Source: a virus (lineage: Duplodnaviria > Caudoviricetes). Taken from it: a stretch of DNA of 52,417 nucleotides. Shown one piece after another: positions 16,600-24,404 of this stretch. Position numbers and translations under genes: made by a program. The stretch lies in IMG/VR virus record IMGVR_UViG_3300045116_000082, positions 1 through 52,417 of that record. One strand, written 5' to 3'. The notes beneath the pieces were generated by a model, which saw nothing but the letters and a program-made list of their open reading frames with translations, was not told the origin of the DNA and ran no database searches. Numbering within the stretch: position 1 is the first letter of the stretch; every line of letters begins with the position of its first letter.

Positions 16600-16618
16600 T
16601 GTCGTCTACCTCCTTGTT

Positions 16619-16688
16619 AACCCCCATCGGTCTGAGACGCACGCTGGACTCGAACCAGCCGAGCGGCCCCGCGAGGCCGTCGTGCGTC
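16619..16688 (-). ncRNA. tRNA-like element 7 + GACC hairpin
   Basis: Perfect GACGCAC/GTGCGTC acceptor, GCTGG-TTCGAGT-CCAGC T-arm. Confidence 0.75.
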
Positions 16689-16696
16689 GCTCTGTT

Positions 16697-17050
16697 CTAC
16701 GCCCGGTAGCCGAACGTTTCCTCCGTCAGCTTCTCGATGGTCGCCTTCGACACCCGGTTGCGCGGGTTGTCCATCCAGCGGCGGAGGTCCGCCGCCGTGT
16801 ACCCGCCCTCACGAACCCGGCGCCGGTCGTCAGCGGCGTCGCGCGCCCAGCGCGTCCACTTCGAGACCATCACGGCCTGCGCCTGCAGCGGCGACAGCCC
16901 CCGGCGCAGCAGCATCGCCGCCACCGCCGTCCAGCTCGCGTAGCGCGGCGCGCTGACGGCGTCGAACGTCAGCACCGCCACGGCCTTCGCCTGCTCCGCC
17001 ACCGTGACCTTCAGCTCCGTCAGTCCGTACTTGCCCGTGACCTTCTTCAT
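16697..17050 (-). CDS. Hypothetical protein
   Basis: 117 aa with SKWTRWA motif; GGGAGGTGA SD. Confidence 0.65.
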   Translation of the reverse strand: MKKVTGKYGLTELKVTVAEQAKAVAVLTFDAVSAPRYASWTAVAAMLLRRGLSPLQAQAVMVSKWTRWARDAADDRRRVREGGYTAADLRRWMDNPRNRVSKATIEKLTEETFGYRA

Positions 17051-17065
17051 CGCTCACCTCCCGTT

Positions 17066-17144
17066 GACCGTGATTGGTCTGGGACGTGCGGCCGGAGTCG
17101 AACCGGCCGCGCCGTATTACTACGGCGCCGCAACCCGCCACGTC
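17066..17144 (-). ncRNA. tRNA-like element 8 + GACC hairpin
   Basis: GACGTG/CACGTC acceptor, GCGCCGTA-GTAA-TACGGCGC hairpin, GCCGG-TTCGACT-CCGGC T-arm. Confidence 0.7.
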
Positions 17145-17152
17145 AGCGAAGC

Positions 17153-17758
17153 CTAGCTGATCCCGAGGTAGTAGATCGCCTTCCCGGAGATGCGCGATGC
17201 GAGCACGTCGACGTAAGCCGCGCCGCCCTTCGCATTGAACGCCGCCTCCGCCTTCTCGCAGTCTGCGATGCGCGCCTCGTCGCACGCCGGGCCGCTCCAC
17301 TCGCCGCCGTCGAACGCCGCGTCCCGGTCCGCCGCCTCTGCCCAACCTTGGTTAGACGAGAAGATCGCGCTCGCCGTCCGGCTCAGCTGGTCGTCGCCGT
17401 GCTTGAAGTTGCTCGCGAACCGCCCGAGCGCCGACACCGCGCAGTTCAGGTTCACCCGGCGCCGCAGCGCCTCCCGCCGCAACGCGCGCAGCCGCTCCAC
17501 CCGCTCCGCCTCCGCCGCGAAGACCGCCTGTTCCACCAGCCAGTCCGCCACGAACGCCCGGCTGAACCCGCGCCGCGTCCGCCCGGAGATCGCCGTCGCC
17601 TTCCACCACTGCGTCACGCGGTAGCCGACCGCGTAGTTCAGTCCGTAGTCGTTCGCCATCACCGGCGTCCGCTCCTCGACGCGCGCTACCGTCCCGATCA
17701 CCGCGCCGTCCGCGACCACCGCGTAGCCGTTCGCCTGCTTCTGGAACTTGACCGTCAT
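17153..17758 (-). CDS. Hypothetical protein
   Basis: 201 aa, AAGGAGG SD. Confidence 0.65.
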   Translation of the reverse strand: MTVKFQKQANGYAVVADGAVIGTVARVEERTPVMANDYGLNYAVGYRVTQWWKATAISGRTRRGFSRAFVADWLVEQAVFAAEAERVERLRALRREALRRRVNLNCAVSALGRFASNFKHGDDQLSRTASAIFSSNQGWAEAADRDAAFDGGEWSGPACDEARIADCEKAEAAFNAKGGAAYVDVLASRISGKAIYYLGIS

Positions 17759-17775
17759 CGCCGACCTCCTTGGTT

Positions 17776-17842
17776 GACCGTCATTGGTCTAGCACGCACG
17801 CCGGACTCGAACCGGCTCACCGCGCCCCTCGCGCCGTGCGTG
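17776..17842 (-). ncRNA. tRNA-like element 9 + GACC hairpin
   Basis: Perfect CACGCAC/GTGCGTG acceptor, GCGC-GAGGG-GCGC D-arm, GCCGG-TTCGAGT-CCGGC T-arm. Confidence 0.75.
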
Positions 17843-17859
17843 ACCGCGTTACTATCGCG

Positions 17860-18195
17860 CTACGCCCGCTGCGACAACGCCGCGTCTGACTCCGCCTCGG
17901 TCGGGAACAACGACCGCCACGCCGCGAACCCGGCATCCGTCATCGTGATGAACGAGTCATCACCGTGGACGCCGCTGCCGCCCACCGTTACCAGCTTCAT
18001 CTCAGCGAGCCGCGCTACGACGCCGCCCATGCTGCGCGCCGACCGGCCCTGCGCCTTCCACGTGTCCGCCACGCTGAACGTCCACGCCGAGGCGACGTCG
18101 TTGACGTCCGTCGGGTAGCCGCCGTTGGCGGGCATGTAGAGGTCACGCGCCAGAACGTTGAGGAACGCCGCGCCGAGCTTCGTCACGAGTGCCAT
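17860..18195 (-). CDS. Hypothetical protein, possibly winged-helix-like
   Basis: 111 aa; GGVVARLAEMKLV...ITMTDAG resembles a wHTH recognition helix and wing. Confidence 0.55.
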   Translation of the reverse strand: MALVTKLGAAFLNVLARDLYMPANGGYPTDVNDVASAWTFSVADTWKAQGRSARSMGGVVARLAEMKLVTVGGSGVHGDDSFITMTDAGFAAWRSLFPTEAESDAALSQRA

Positions 18196-18212
18196 CGTCT
18201 CATCTCCTTGTT

Positions 18213-18279
18213 GACCCCCATCGGTCTGGGACGCGCGCCGGAATCGAACCGGCTCACCGCACCCGCCGTGCCGCGCGTC
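18213..18279 (-). ncRNA. tRNA-like element 10 + GACC hairpin
   Basis: Perfect GACGCGC/GCGCGTC acceptor, GCAC-GGCGG-GTGC D-arm, GCCGG-TTCGATT-CCGGC T-arm, CCA. Confidence 0.75.
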
Positions 18280-18289
18280 GCTGCCGCAC

Positions 18290-18583
18290 CTACTCGAACA
18301 CCAGCTCGAACGCCTCCCAGCGGAACCCCGTCGCGTCCGCCCGCTCCAGGAACCACCGCATCTCGCCGTTCACCGCCATGCCGTCCTTCCGGAACGCCAC
18401 GAACTCGGCGCGCAGCACGAACAACGCACCGTAGTTGCCCGTGGTGTCCGCGATCACCCGCGACACCTCGACGTCTTCGATCTGGTTGGCGTTCGCGATG
18501 ACCGCCAGCTTCGTCTCGCGGATCATCTGGACCATGTCCACCGCGACCGCGCCGACCCCGCTCGCCCACTCGATGCTCTTCAT
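18290..18583 (-). CDS. Hypothetical protein (first gene of the early operon)
   Basis: 97 aa, AAGGAGG SD after element 11. Confidence 0.6.
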   Translation of the reverse strand: MKSIEWASGVGAVAVDMVQMIRETKLAVIANANQIEDVEVSRVIADTTGNYGALFVLRAEFVAFRKDGMAVNGEMRWFLERADATGFRWEAFELVFE

Positions 18584-18599
18584 CGCCGTCCTCCTTCGT

Positions 18600-18683
18600 G
18601 ACCGTCATTGGTCTGGGGTAGAGCGCCGGACTCGAACCGGGGCGCCGTATTACTACGGCGTCGCACCCATCGTGCCGCCTACC
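18600..18683 (-). ncRNA. tRNA-like element 11 + GACC hairpin
   Basis: GGTAG-GC/GC-T-CTACC acceptor, GCAC-GATGG-GTGC D-arm, GTAA-capped hairpin, CCGG-TTCGAGT-CCGG T-arm. Confidence 0.7.
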
Positions 18684-18686
18684 GTG

Positions 18687-19254
18687 TCCCCGGAGCAGCT
18701 CGCGCCACTCCGGGGTTTCGACTCTCTCTCACTTGCTCCCCCATCAGCCCTCGTCGGTCGTTGCACGCTCACGCGTGATGCCCTGTCTTCGCCGCGCCCG
18801 TCTGTGGTGCTGGGGCGTTTGGTGTTAGCTGGCTCTGGGCTTCCGACTACAGCTCTGGGATCCGGTTTGCTTCGAGTAACCGTGACGACTTATCGGGTGC
18901 CCCTGTAGAAGTGCTTGGGTGCTTGTTCCGGCTGTCCCTCTCGTCAGCTACCTCGCGTCCGCCGCGCCGGGCTGGACCGCCGAGCTACTGCTCGGACCGC
19001 TCCGCCTCCGCCGCGTGGTCGGTTGCTTCTGCCGTTGGTGGGATGCCGTACTTACCGTGCGGGCGCCGTAGAGCCGGGAGGCTCTAATGGGTGGCGCCGT
19101 TACTCTCTGCGGGCCTGGACGCTATCGCGTCCTCGCCTCGATTCTGTTGTCAACCGGTTGGTGGCCCCCGCTTATCCCTCGTGACCCCCCGCCGGGTCGG
19201 TCGGTCTACCGGGTGTTCCGTCCGGCCGTAGCCGGGGGGAACCAACCGTTTCGC
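18687..19254 (-). ncRNA. Long non-coding leader / candidate large structured RNA
   Basis: No convincing ORF; several perfect hairpins (CCGGC/GCCGG, GGACGC/GCGTCC, TAGAGCC/GGCTCTA, CCGAGC/GCTCGG, CCCCGGAG/CTCCGGGG). Confidence 0.4.
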
Positions 19255-19306
19255 TTGTAAAGAACGTGCTCACTGGTCAATCTACGCCAAAACAGAGGTT
19301 TGTCCA
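19255..19306 (-). promoter_or_regulatory. Putative sigma70-type promoter and boxA-like antitermination site
   Basis: TGGACA-N16-TAGATT (19306-19279) followed by CGTTCTTTACAA (19266-19255) in an AT-richer island. Confidence 0.55.
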
Positions 19307-19663
19307 GCATTTTCCGTAGGCTCCTTGCACTTTCCCGTAGCCGTCAGGCCAGCGCTAGACCCGTCCGGAGGTAAAGCGCGGTATATAGACGTCGGCCTAA
19401 ACTACGACTTGTCCCACGTAAGTCTAAGCGTATAAACGGGTTGAAGTTTATTTTCGGCCAGAACAAGCGTGAAAGGCGTCCGCGTACCGTATCGCCGGGA
19501 GCGCATCCTATTAACGGAGGCCGTAGGCGACCCCCTACGGCGCCCGGCCGCCCGGCCGGGCTACCTCCCGGCTCCGGACGGCCCCGGCCGCCCTACGGCC
19601 GCCTAGACCGTCCGGCGGGCTACCTAGCCGGAAGCCGAACCGGGGAGGTCCGGCCTTCCGGTC

Positions 19664-19921
19664 CTACGCCTTGCGCCAGCTACCGTCGGGCTGCTGCACG
19701 TAGCCGTGCAACGCCATCCACGCTTCGCCCGTCGCTACGACGTCCAGCGACCCGTCGCGCAGCCGCGTCGCGAAGTCCTCGAACGTCGCATCCGGGTGCG
19801 CCTCGCTCCACGCGGCGTAGAGCGTACGCACGGCGGCGATGCCTGCGGCTGCCGCGACGTTCGTCTTGGCGAGCACGGCCGCCACGAGGTCGATCACCTT
19901 CATCACGTCCGCACCGGTCAT
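19664..19921 (-). CDS. Hypothetical protein (lysis cassette)
   Basis: Start MTGAD overlaps the upstream stop (ATGA); GGAGG SD. Confidence 0.55.
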   Translation of the reverse strand: MTGADVMKVIDLVAAVLAKTNVAAAAGIAAVRTLYAAWSEAHPDATFEDFATRLRDGSLDVVATGEAWMALHGYVQQPDGSWRKA

Positions 19922-20409
19922 GCGACACCTCCCGCCGGGAGCAACATGCGCACCGTCCATGCCGCCTTGATGATCTCCGTCACCACGTCGACGAACTGCG
20001 CCTTAGCGCCGCTCCCGTCGAGTGGCTTTAGCAGCACCTTCAGTTCACGGTCAATCGTGTCGAGTGCCTCCAGCGCATCGGCTAGCGCCAGCTTCCGCGA
20101 GGCGAGATCCACGGCTGCGTTGTAGAGCGTCAGCGCAGACGCCAGCTGCGTTCCCGCGCGCCCGATCTTGATCGAGACGGCCATCACGTCGGCCGCCTGC
20201 GCTTCCGTGACGACGCGCCCGGCTTCGAGTGCCGCCGTCACACGCTGCACTTCGCGAACGCCCGCCATGACGTCTCCGGCGTACTTCGCCATCTTCATCT
20301 GCGGCGTCGCATTCGGCGGTAGCGTCTTCGGGCACGCCGCCGATACCAGCACGAACACGCCGAGGAGCGCCCATCGCACCTCGCGCACCGTCAACAGCCG
20401 TCGCCTCAC
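19918..20409 (-). CDS. Putative lipoprotein (possible lysis accessory or spanin-like)
   Basis: Basic N-terminus, hydrophobic WALLGVFVLV and lipobox-like SAAC, then a helical body. Confidence 0.55.
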   Translation of the reverse strand: MRRRLLTVREVRWALLGVFVLVSAACPKTLPPNATPQMKMAKYAGDVMAGVREVQRVTAALEAGRVVTEAQAADVMAVSIKIGRAGTQLASALTLYNAAVDLASRKLALADALEALDTIDRELKVLLKPLDGSGAKAQFVDVVTEIIKAAWTVRMLLPAGGVA

Positions 20410-20636
20410 TTCCCGCCTCCGTTCTTCATGTTGCGGCTCAGGTCCGTCGGCGACATGCCGAACTTGCCCCCGAGCGCGGTGATGACTGCCGCCACGAGCT
20501 TGAACCAGCGCCACGCGACGACGCTGATGCCGTAGTCGGCCGGGTTCTCGATCAGCCCGGAGACGACGACGACCACCATGCCCGCGTAGAACAGGATGCG
20601 CCAGAGCCACGAGTCCCGTGCGAAGATCGGATGCAT
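20406..20636 (-). CDS. Putative holin
   Basis: 76 aa with two hydrophobic segments and a charged C-terminus, within the lysis region. Confidence 0.55.
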   Translation of the reverse strand: MHPIFARDSWLWRILFYAGMVVVVVSGLIENPADYGISVVAWRWFKLVAAVITALGGKFGMSPTDLSRNMKNGGGK

Positions 20637-20646
20637 CGGTCCCTCC

Positions 20647-22251
20647 TTACGAATAGACCCCTGTCAGGATAACGGCGCGGCCGTGGTCGCGCGTGCGAAG
20701 CCCGAGCGCCCCGGTCTGCCCCGACGAGATAGGCGTGCCGTCCGCGCGGAACAGCGCCCAGTCGCGTGCGCGCTGCGTGGTAAGCGTGAAGTCTCCCATC
20801 AGCCCGATGGGGACCGCAAGGTAGCGGCCGTCGTGCCAGCACGCATACGCGCGCACGCACCCGCGCCGCAGGCCAAGTGACGGATCGCCCACCTCCGGCT
20901 CGAACGTGAACGGATGCTCGGGCTTCCCGTGCCGACACCGCGCCCAGTTGGCGAGGTCATCGGGTAGCAGCGCGCCCGCACCGCGCAGGATGGCGAGCGC
21001 CTCGGCGAGCGCCGGTTGCTCCCAGAGGTTCGCCGGGCGGAAGCCCGCCGTTGGATGGATCGTCTCGACGCCGAAGATCCCGGCGCCGCAGTGCATGACG
21101 TGGAACGTCCCGCCGCACAGCCACGTGTGGGTGGCCGCCATCGCCACGCGTAGCGGGTCCGTGTCTGACACGACGCTCGCGCCCGGCCCGCCGGGTTCGA
21201 GCGTGCCGAACGGCCCCGTCAGCCCGCCCTCGCCTACCCACGCGCCCCACGGCTGGCGCACCCACCGCCAGCCCTCGTCGCCGTAGGTGCGCTCGAAGTG
21301 GACGTTGGTCCAGTTCGCGGCGCTGCCGGGGTAGACGTGCTCGTTGTGCACGAAGCTCGTGAGCGTAACGGGGAACCCGTGCGCCGCCAGCATCGCGGCG
21401 AAGCCGCGCATCCGGCGCGGCCCGTCGTGGTCGTGGAAGCCGTTGTTCTCGTTGCTGACCTCGACGCCCTCGAAGACCTCGGGCGCTTCGTTCCCAACCG
21501 CGATCACCTCGCCGACGACGCGCTCCTGCTCAGCGGGCGTGAGCCGGTTCCCGCCGAACAGCGTGAGGTAGAGCCGGATGCCGCAGGCTTTGGCGAGGTC
21601 GCGCGTCTCGCGCAGCGCCGCCGCCCACCGTGGATGACTTGGGTGGGTGGTGCGGTCGCGGGTCACGCCATCGGCGCAACGGATGGCGGTCCAGTCCGAC
21701 GTCTCCGCGAACACCCGCGCGAAGTGCGCGCCCTGCTCACGGACCCACGCGAAGTGCCGCCGCACGCGCTCCGTCTCGCCATCCAGCAACCCACGCACGG
21801 CCCAGAACACCGGCAGGCCCAGTGACCGGTAGGAGCCGTCGTCGTCACGGGCCACGCGCCCATCGATCCGCACGCGCCCGTTGCGCCCCACAGGTTCCGG
21901 CTGCGGTTCTGCCGTGTTCGTCGCCCACAGGGGCACACCATCAGGGGCGTACAGCACGAGGTTGCCATCGCTCTGCAGCGACAGACTAGCCCCGCTCGCG
22001 CCCCACGACGTGTTGGTTGCCCAGATCGGATTCCACGCCCGGTCGTAGATGACGGCGTTGCCGTCGCCTTGCATGGCGAGCATCGCGCCGCCGACCGAGT
22101 GCGCCGCCCAGAGCGGCGCGCCGCCCTGACGGTAGAGCACGAGGTTGCCGTCACTGGCTTGGAGGATGAGGTCATACCGACCGTTCGGCGACACGAGGCG
22201 GTCACCGATGCCGAGGTGCTCGTTAGGGGCGAGCCGGTTCTTGCCGCTCAT
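20647..22251 (-). CDS. Bulb-type (B-)lectin domain fused to a glycoside-hydrolase-like barrel
   Basis: Three QxDGNxVxY repeats at the N-terminus; EVSNE resembles the clan GH-A acid/base N-E motif. Confidence 0.75.
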   Translation of the reverse strand: MSGKNRLAPNEHLGIGDRLVSPNGRYDLILQASDGNLVLYRQGGAPLWAAHSVGGAMLAMQGDGNAVIYDRAWNPIWATNTSWGASGASLSLQSDGNLVLYAPDGVPLWATNTAEPQPEPVGRNGRVRIDGRVARDDDGSYRSLGLPVFWAVRGLLDGETERVRRHFAWVREQGAHFARVFAETSDWTAIRCADGVTRDRTTHPSHPRWAAALRETRDLAKACGIRLYLTLFGGNRLTPAEQERVVGEVIAVGNEAPEVFEGVEVSNENNGFHDHDGPRRMRGFAAMLAAHGFPVTLTSFVHNEHVYPGSAANWTNVHFERTYGDEGWRWVRQPWGAWVGEGGLTGPFGTLEPGGPGASVVSDTDPLRVAMAATHTWLCGGTFHVMHCGAGIFGVETIHPTAGFRPANLWEQPALAEALAILRGAGALLPDDLANWARCRHGKPEHPFTFEPEVGDPSLGLRRGCVRAYACWHDGRYLAVPIGLMGDFTLTTQRARDWALFRADGTPISSGQTGALGLRTRDHGRAVILTGVYS

Positions 22252-22736
22252 GCGATGGTCTCCCACTTCACCTTGGCCGCGTCCGCGTAACGCGACCAGT
22301 TATCGACGTGGATGTAATACATCGACGGCCGGAACTCCACGTACCGGATTGGCGACCCCTCGCGCGCCGTCGCCCGGCGCACGGCCGTCTCGAACTCACC
22401 CATGCCCAGCTCGCGCGGACAGGCGATGTCGATGGCCCGGCCTTCGCAGTGCTGGCTGTGCTTCGCCGCCTTCAGTCGCGGGATCGTCCGTAGATAGGCT
22501 TGATACTGCGGCGAGCGATAGCCGCTGGCGATGGTCAGGCACACGCCACGCAACGGCGCGCTCCCGTGTAGCTCGACGCACAGGATGGTGCACTCGGCCC
22601 GGACGTCCTCAAACATCCGCCCTACGGCCAGCCCCCGGTCGGGCACGTCCCGCCAGTCGAGCGGGTACACGCTGCCGTCCGCGCAGGACAGTTCCGTCCA
22701 GTACAGGTGGTCCGAACACCGTTGCAGCGTGGTCAT
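22248..22736 (-). CDS. Endolysin, peptidase M15A family
   Basis: SGYRS, SQHCEGRAIDI and YIHVD zinc-peptidase motifs. Confidence 0.85.
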   Translation of the reverse strand: MTTLQRCSDHLYWTELSCADGSVYPLDWRDVPDRGLAVGRMFEDVRAECTILCVELHGSAPLRGVCLTIASGYRSPQYQAYLRTIPRLKAAKHSQHCEGRAIDIACPRELGMGEFETAVRRATAREGSPIRYVEFRPSMYYIHVDNWSRYADAAKVKWETIA

Positions 22737-23194
22737 CAGCGGACCTCGAACGGTTCTGACTGCCGCGAGTATGGAATCTCGCGCCACGGCAGCGGCTGGT
22801 AGATTACGTCCACCTGAAGCCGGTAGCGCCCCGGCGCGACGTGCGGCGACAGGTAGAGCGCCACGTACCGATGCGGGTCGCATCCGGCTGGAAGTGCGGC
22901 CTTCGGCCCGTCCAGCCCCACCGTGACATCGTTCACGAGATGCCACCGGATTTCACGCGGCACCCACCAGTCAGAGGTCTTGCAGTAGTCGAGGAACACG
23001 CCGAGTTCGTCGCCTACCGCCGCCCCGGTTGGCACGCTGATCTTGAAATGTGTCAGCGGCTGATAGGGCCACGCCGTCGCCGCGATCCCTGCCAGCGTCA
23101 CGACCATGACCAGCGTCGACGCCAGCGACCCGAGCCAGACGAACACCTGCTCGCCGACCGTGCGATGCGGAGCGCGTCCCCACTGGGCCGTCAT
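22736..23194 (-). CDS. Membrane-anchored protein (antiholin-like position)
   Basis: N-terminal TM, then a beta-rich domain with two Cys (YCK, GC). Confidence 0.55.
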   Translation of the reverse strand: MTAQWGRAPHRTVGEQVFVWLGSLASTLVMVVTLAGIAATAWPYQPLTHFKISVPTGAAVGDELGVFLDYCKTSDWWVPREIRWHLVNDVTVGLDGPKAALPAGCDPHRYVALYLSPHVAPGRYRLQVDVIYQPLPWREIPYSRQSEPFEVR

Positions 23195-23481
23195 CGCGTC
23201 AGCCCTCCCTTCGTGATCCACGTCACCACCACGCCGACGAAGCCGAGGATGAACGCCATCAACACCGTGTAGACTTGCCCGCGCAATGCGGTGAAGTCCC
23301 TATGTAGCGCATCGTGTTTCGTGCAGAGCGTCCCGAGCTTGAGGTTGGCATCATTGTACTGGTCGACGAGCTTCTGCACTCGCGCCACGACCTCAACCAG
23401 CGTGGCGTCGTTGTGTCGGACAGCTTCGCGCAGAAGCGCCAGCCCCGTATCCTGCGCGTTGCAGCGGTCATCATGCTCCAT
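23191..23481 (-). CDS. Coiled-coil protein with C-terminal TM (holin/XhlA-like)
   Basis: Heptad-like region followed by VLMAFILGFVGVVVTWI. Confidence 0.55.
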   Translation of the reverse strand: MEHDDRCNAQDTGLALLREAVRHNDATLVEVVARVQKLVDQYNDANLKLGTLCTKHDALHRDFTALRGQVYTVLMAFILGFVGVVVTWITKGGLTR

Positions 23482-23523
23482 GATCAGCCGTCCTTCCGAG
23501 CGGGCCGCGCCCGCATATCCTAA

Positions 23524-24402
23524 TCACGATCCTTCCGCGTGTAGCGCGTCCACGGCGGCCCGCGTCTCCGGCAGCTCGTCCATGCACGCGACCGACGCGG
23601 CGCTCCGGTGCGCGAACGCGGCCAGCGCGACGATCTGCGGGTGCCGTTCGGCGAGGTCGAGCCACCAGTGCAACTGCGCGGCAGTCGGCACCGTCGCCCA
23701 CAGCCCGTTCGGGTCGCGGTCGCGGAACGCCTGCGCGACGAGCATCACCGGCCTGCCGTAGTGGAGCACACCCTTCCACGCGCCCACGCCCTCGACGACC
23801 CATGCAACCTCGCGCTTGAACTTTTCGCACATCTCCGGCCCGTCGCTGTCCGTCAGCGGCGGCGTGCCGACCAGGGGCCATCCCCGCGCCCACAGGTACG
23901 GGTCCGCGCCGAGCACGTCCGCCCCGTAGTCGGGATACCAGAGCCCGGAGCCGAAGGTCGCGTCGTCGTTCCACTTCGTCTCGACGGCGACCGTGAGCAG
24001 GCCCCGCGCCTTCGTGCGCCGGTAGAGTTCCGCGAGGCGCGGGCGCAACCACTCCTTCCGCTGCCACTCCGTCATGCCCGCGAACACGGGCCAGCCCGCC
24101 ACATCAGCCGGGTTGTTGCAGCGGTCCCACCATTCCTCCTCGATCATCCACGCAACGGGCGTAATGCCCTGAGCAGCGCAGCGAAGATGCAGGGCATTGA
24201 GGTAGCGGTCCCAATGATCCGGGTTCGTCAGATAGTCCTCGTTGCAGCCAGTCTGAATGACAGCCCGGAGGTCACGGGCGGCCAGCATCGCGCCGGTCAC
24301 GCGGTCGAGGAACTGCTCGTTGTCGGGCAGCACCACCAGCGATCCCGGCCAGCACTCGGCCAGCGTCGGACTCGGGCGGTAGGTGAGCCAGTAGGGGATC
24401 AT
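23524..24402 (-). CDS. Hypothetical protein, possible glycoside-hydrolase-like barrel
   Basis: Start MIPYW; DVLGADPY and PVMLVAQAF motifs. Confidence 0.55.
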   Translation of the reverse strand: MIPYWLTYRPSPTLAECWPGSLVVLPDNEQFLDRVTGAMLAARDLRAVIQTGCNEDYLTNPDHWDRYLNALHLRCAAQGITPVAWMIEEEWWDRCNNPADVAGWPVFAGMTEWQRKEWLRPRLAELYRRTKARGLLTVAVETKWNDDATFGSGLWYPDYGADVLGADPYLWARGWPLVGTPPLTDSDGPEMCEKFKREVAWVVEGVGAWKGVLHYGRPVMLVAQAFRDRDPNGLWATVPTAAQLHWWLDLAERHPQIVALAAFAHRSAASVACMDELPETRAAVDALHAEGS

Positions 24403-24404
24403 CG

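Noticed and set aside
13477-18683. CRISPR array
   Set aside because: The repeats vary in sequence, the 'spacers' are 140-600 nt ORFs with SD sites, and there are no cas genes.
13477-18683. Cluster of genuine tRNA genes
   Set aside because: No 7-nt anticodon loop is present, lengths are only 50-70 nt, and there is no discriminator plus CCA, so they cannot decode.
13477-18683. Integron attC cassette array or tRNA-derived attP remnants
   Set aside because: There are no consistent RYYYAAC/GTTRRRY ends and no integrase in the window. The 5' acceptor strands covary with the 3' strands, which att remnants (3' halves only) would not show.
13477-18683. Rho-independent terminators between early genes
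   Set aside because: None of the hairpins is followed by a T-tract on either strand.
18685-18750. Third hammerhead (CTGATG...GAAA-CCCCGGAG/CTCCGGGG)
   Set aside because: The core reads CTGATGG, there is no UH after stem III, and stems I and II are not evident.
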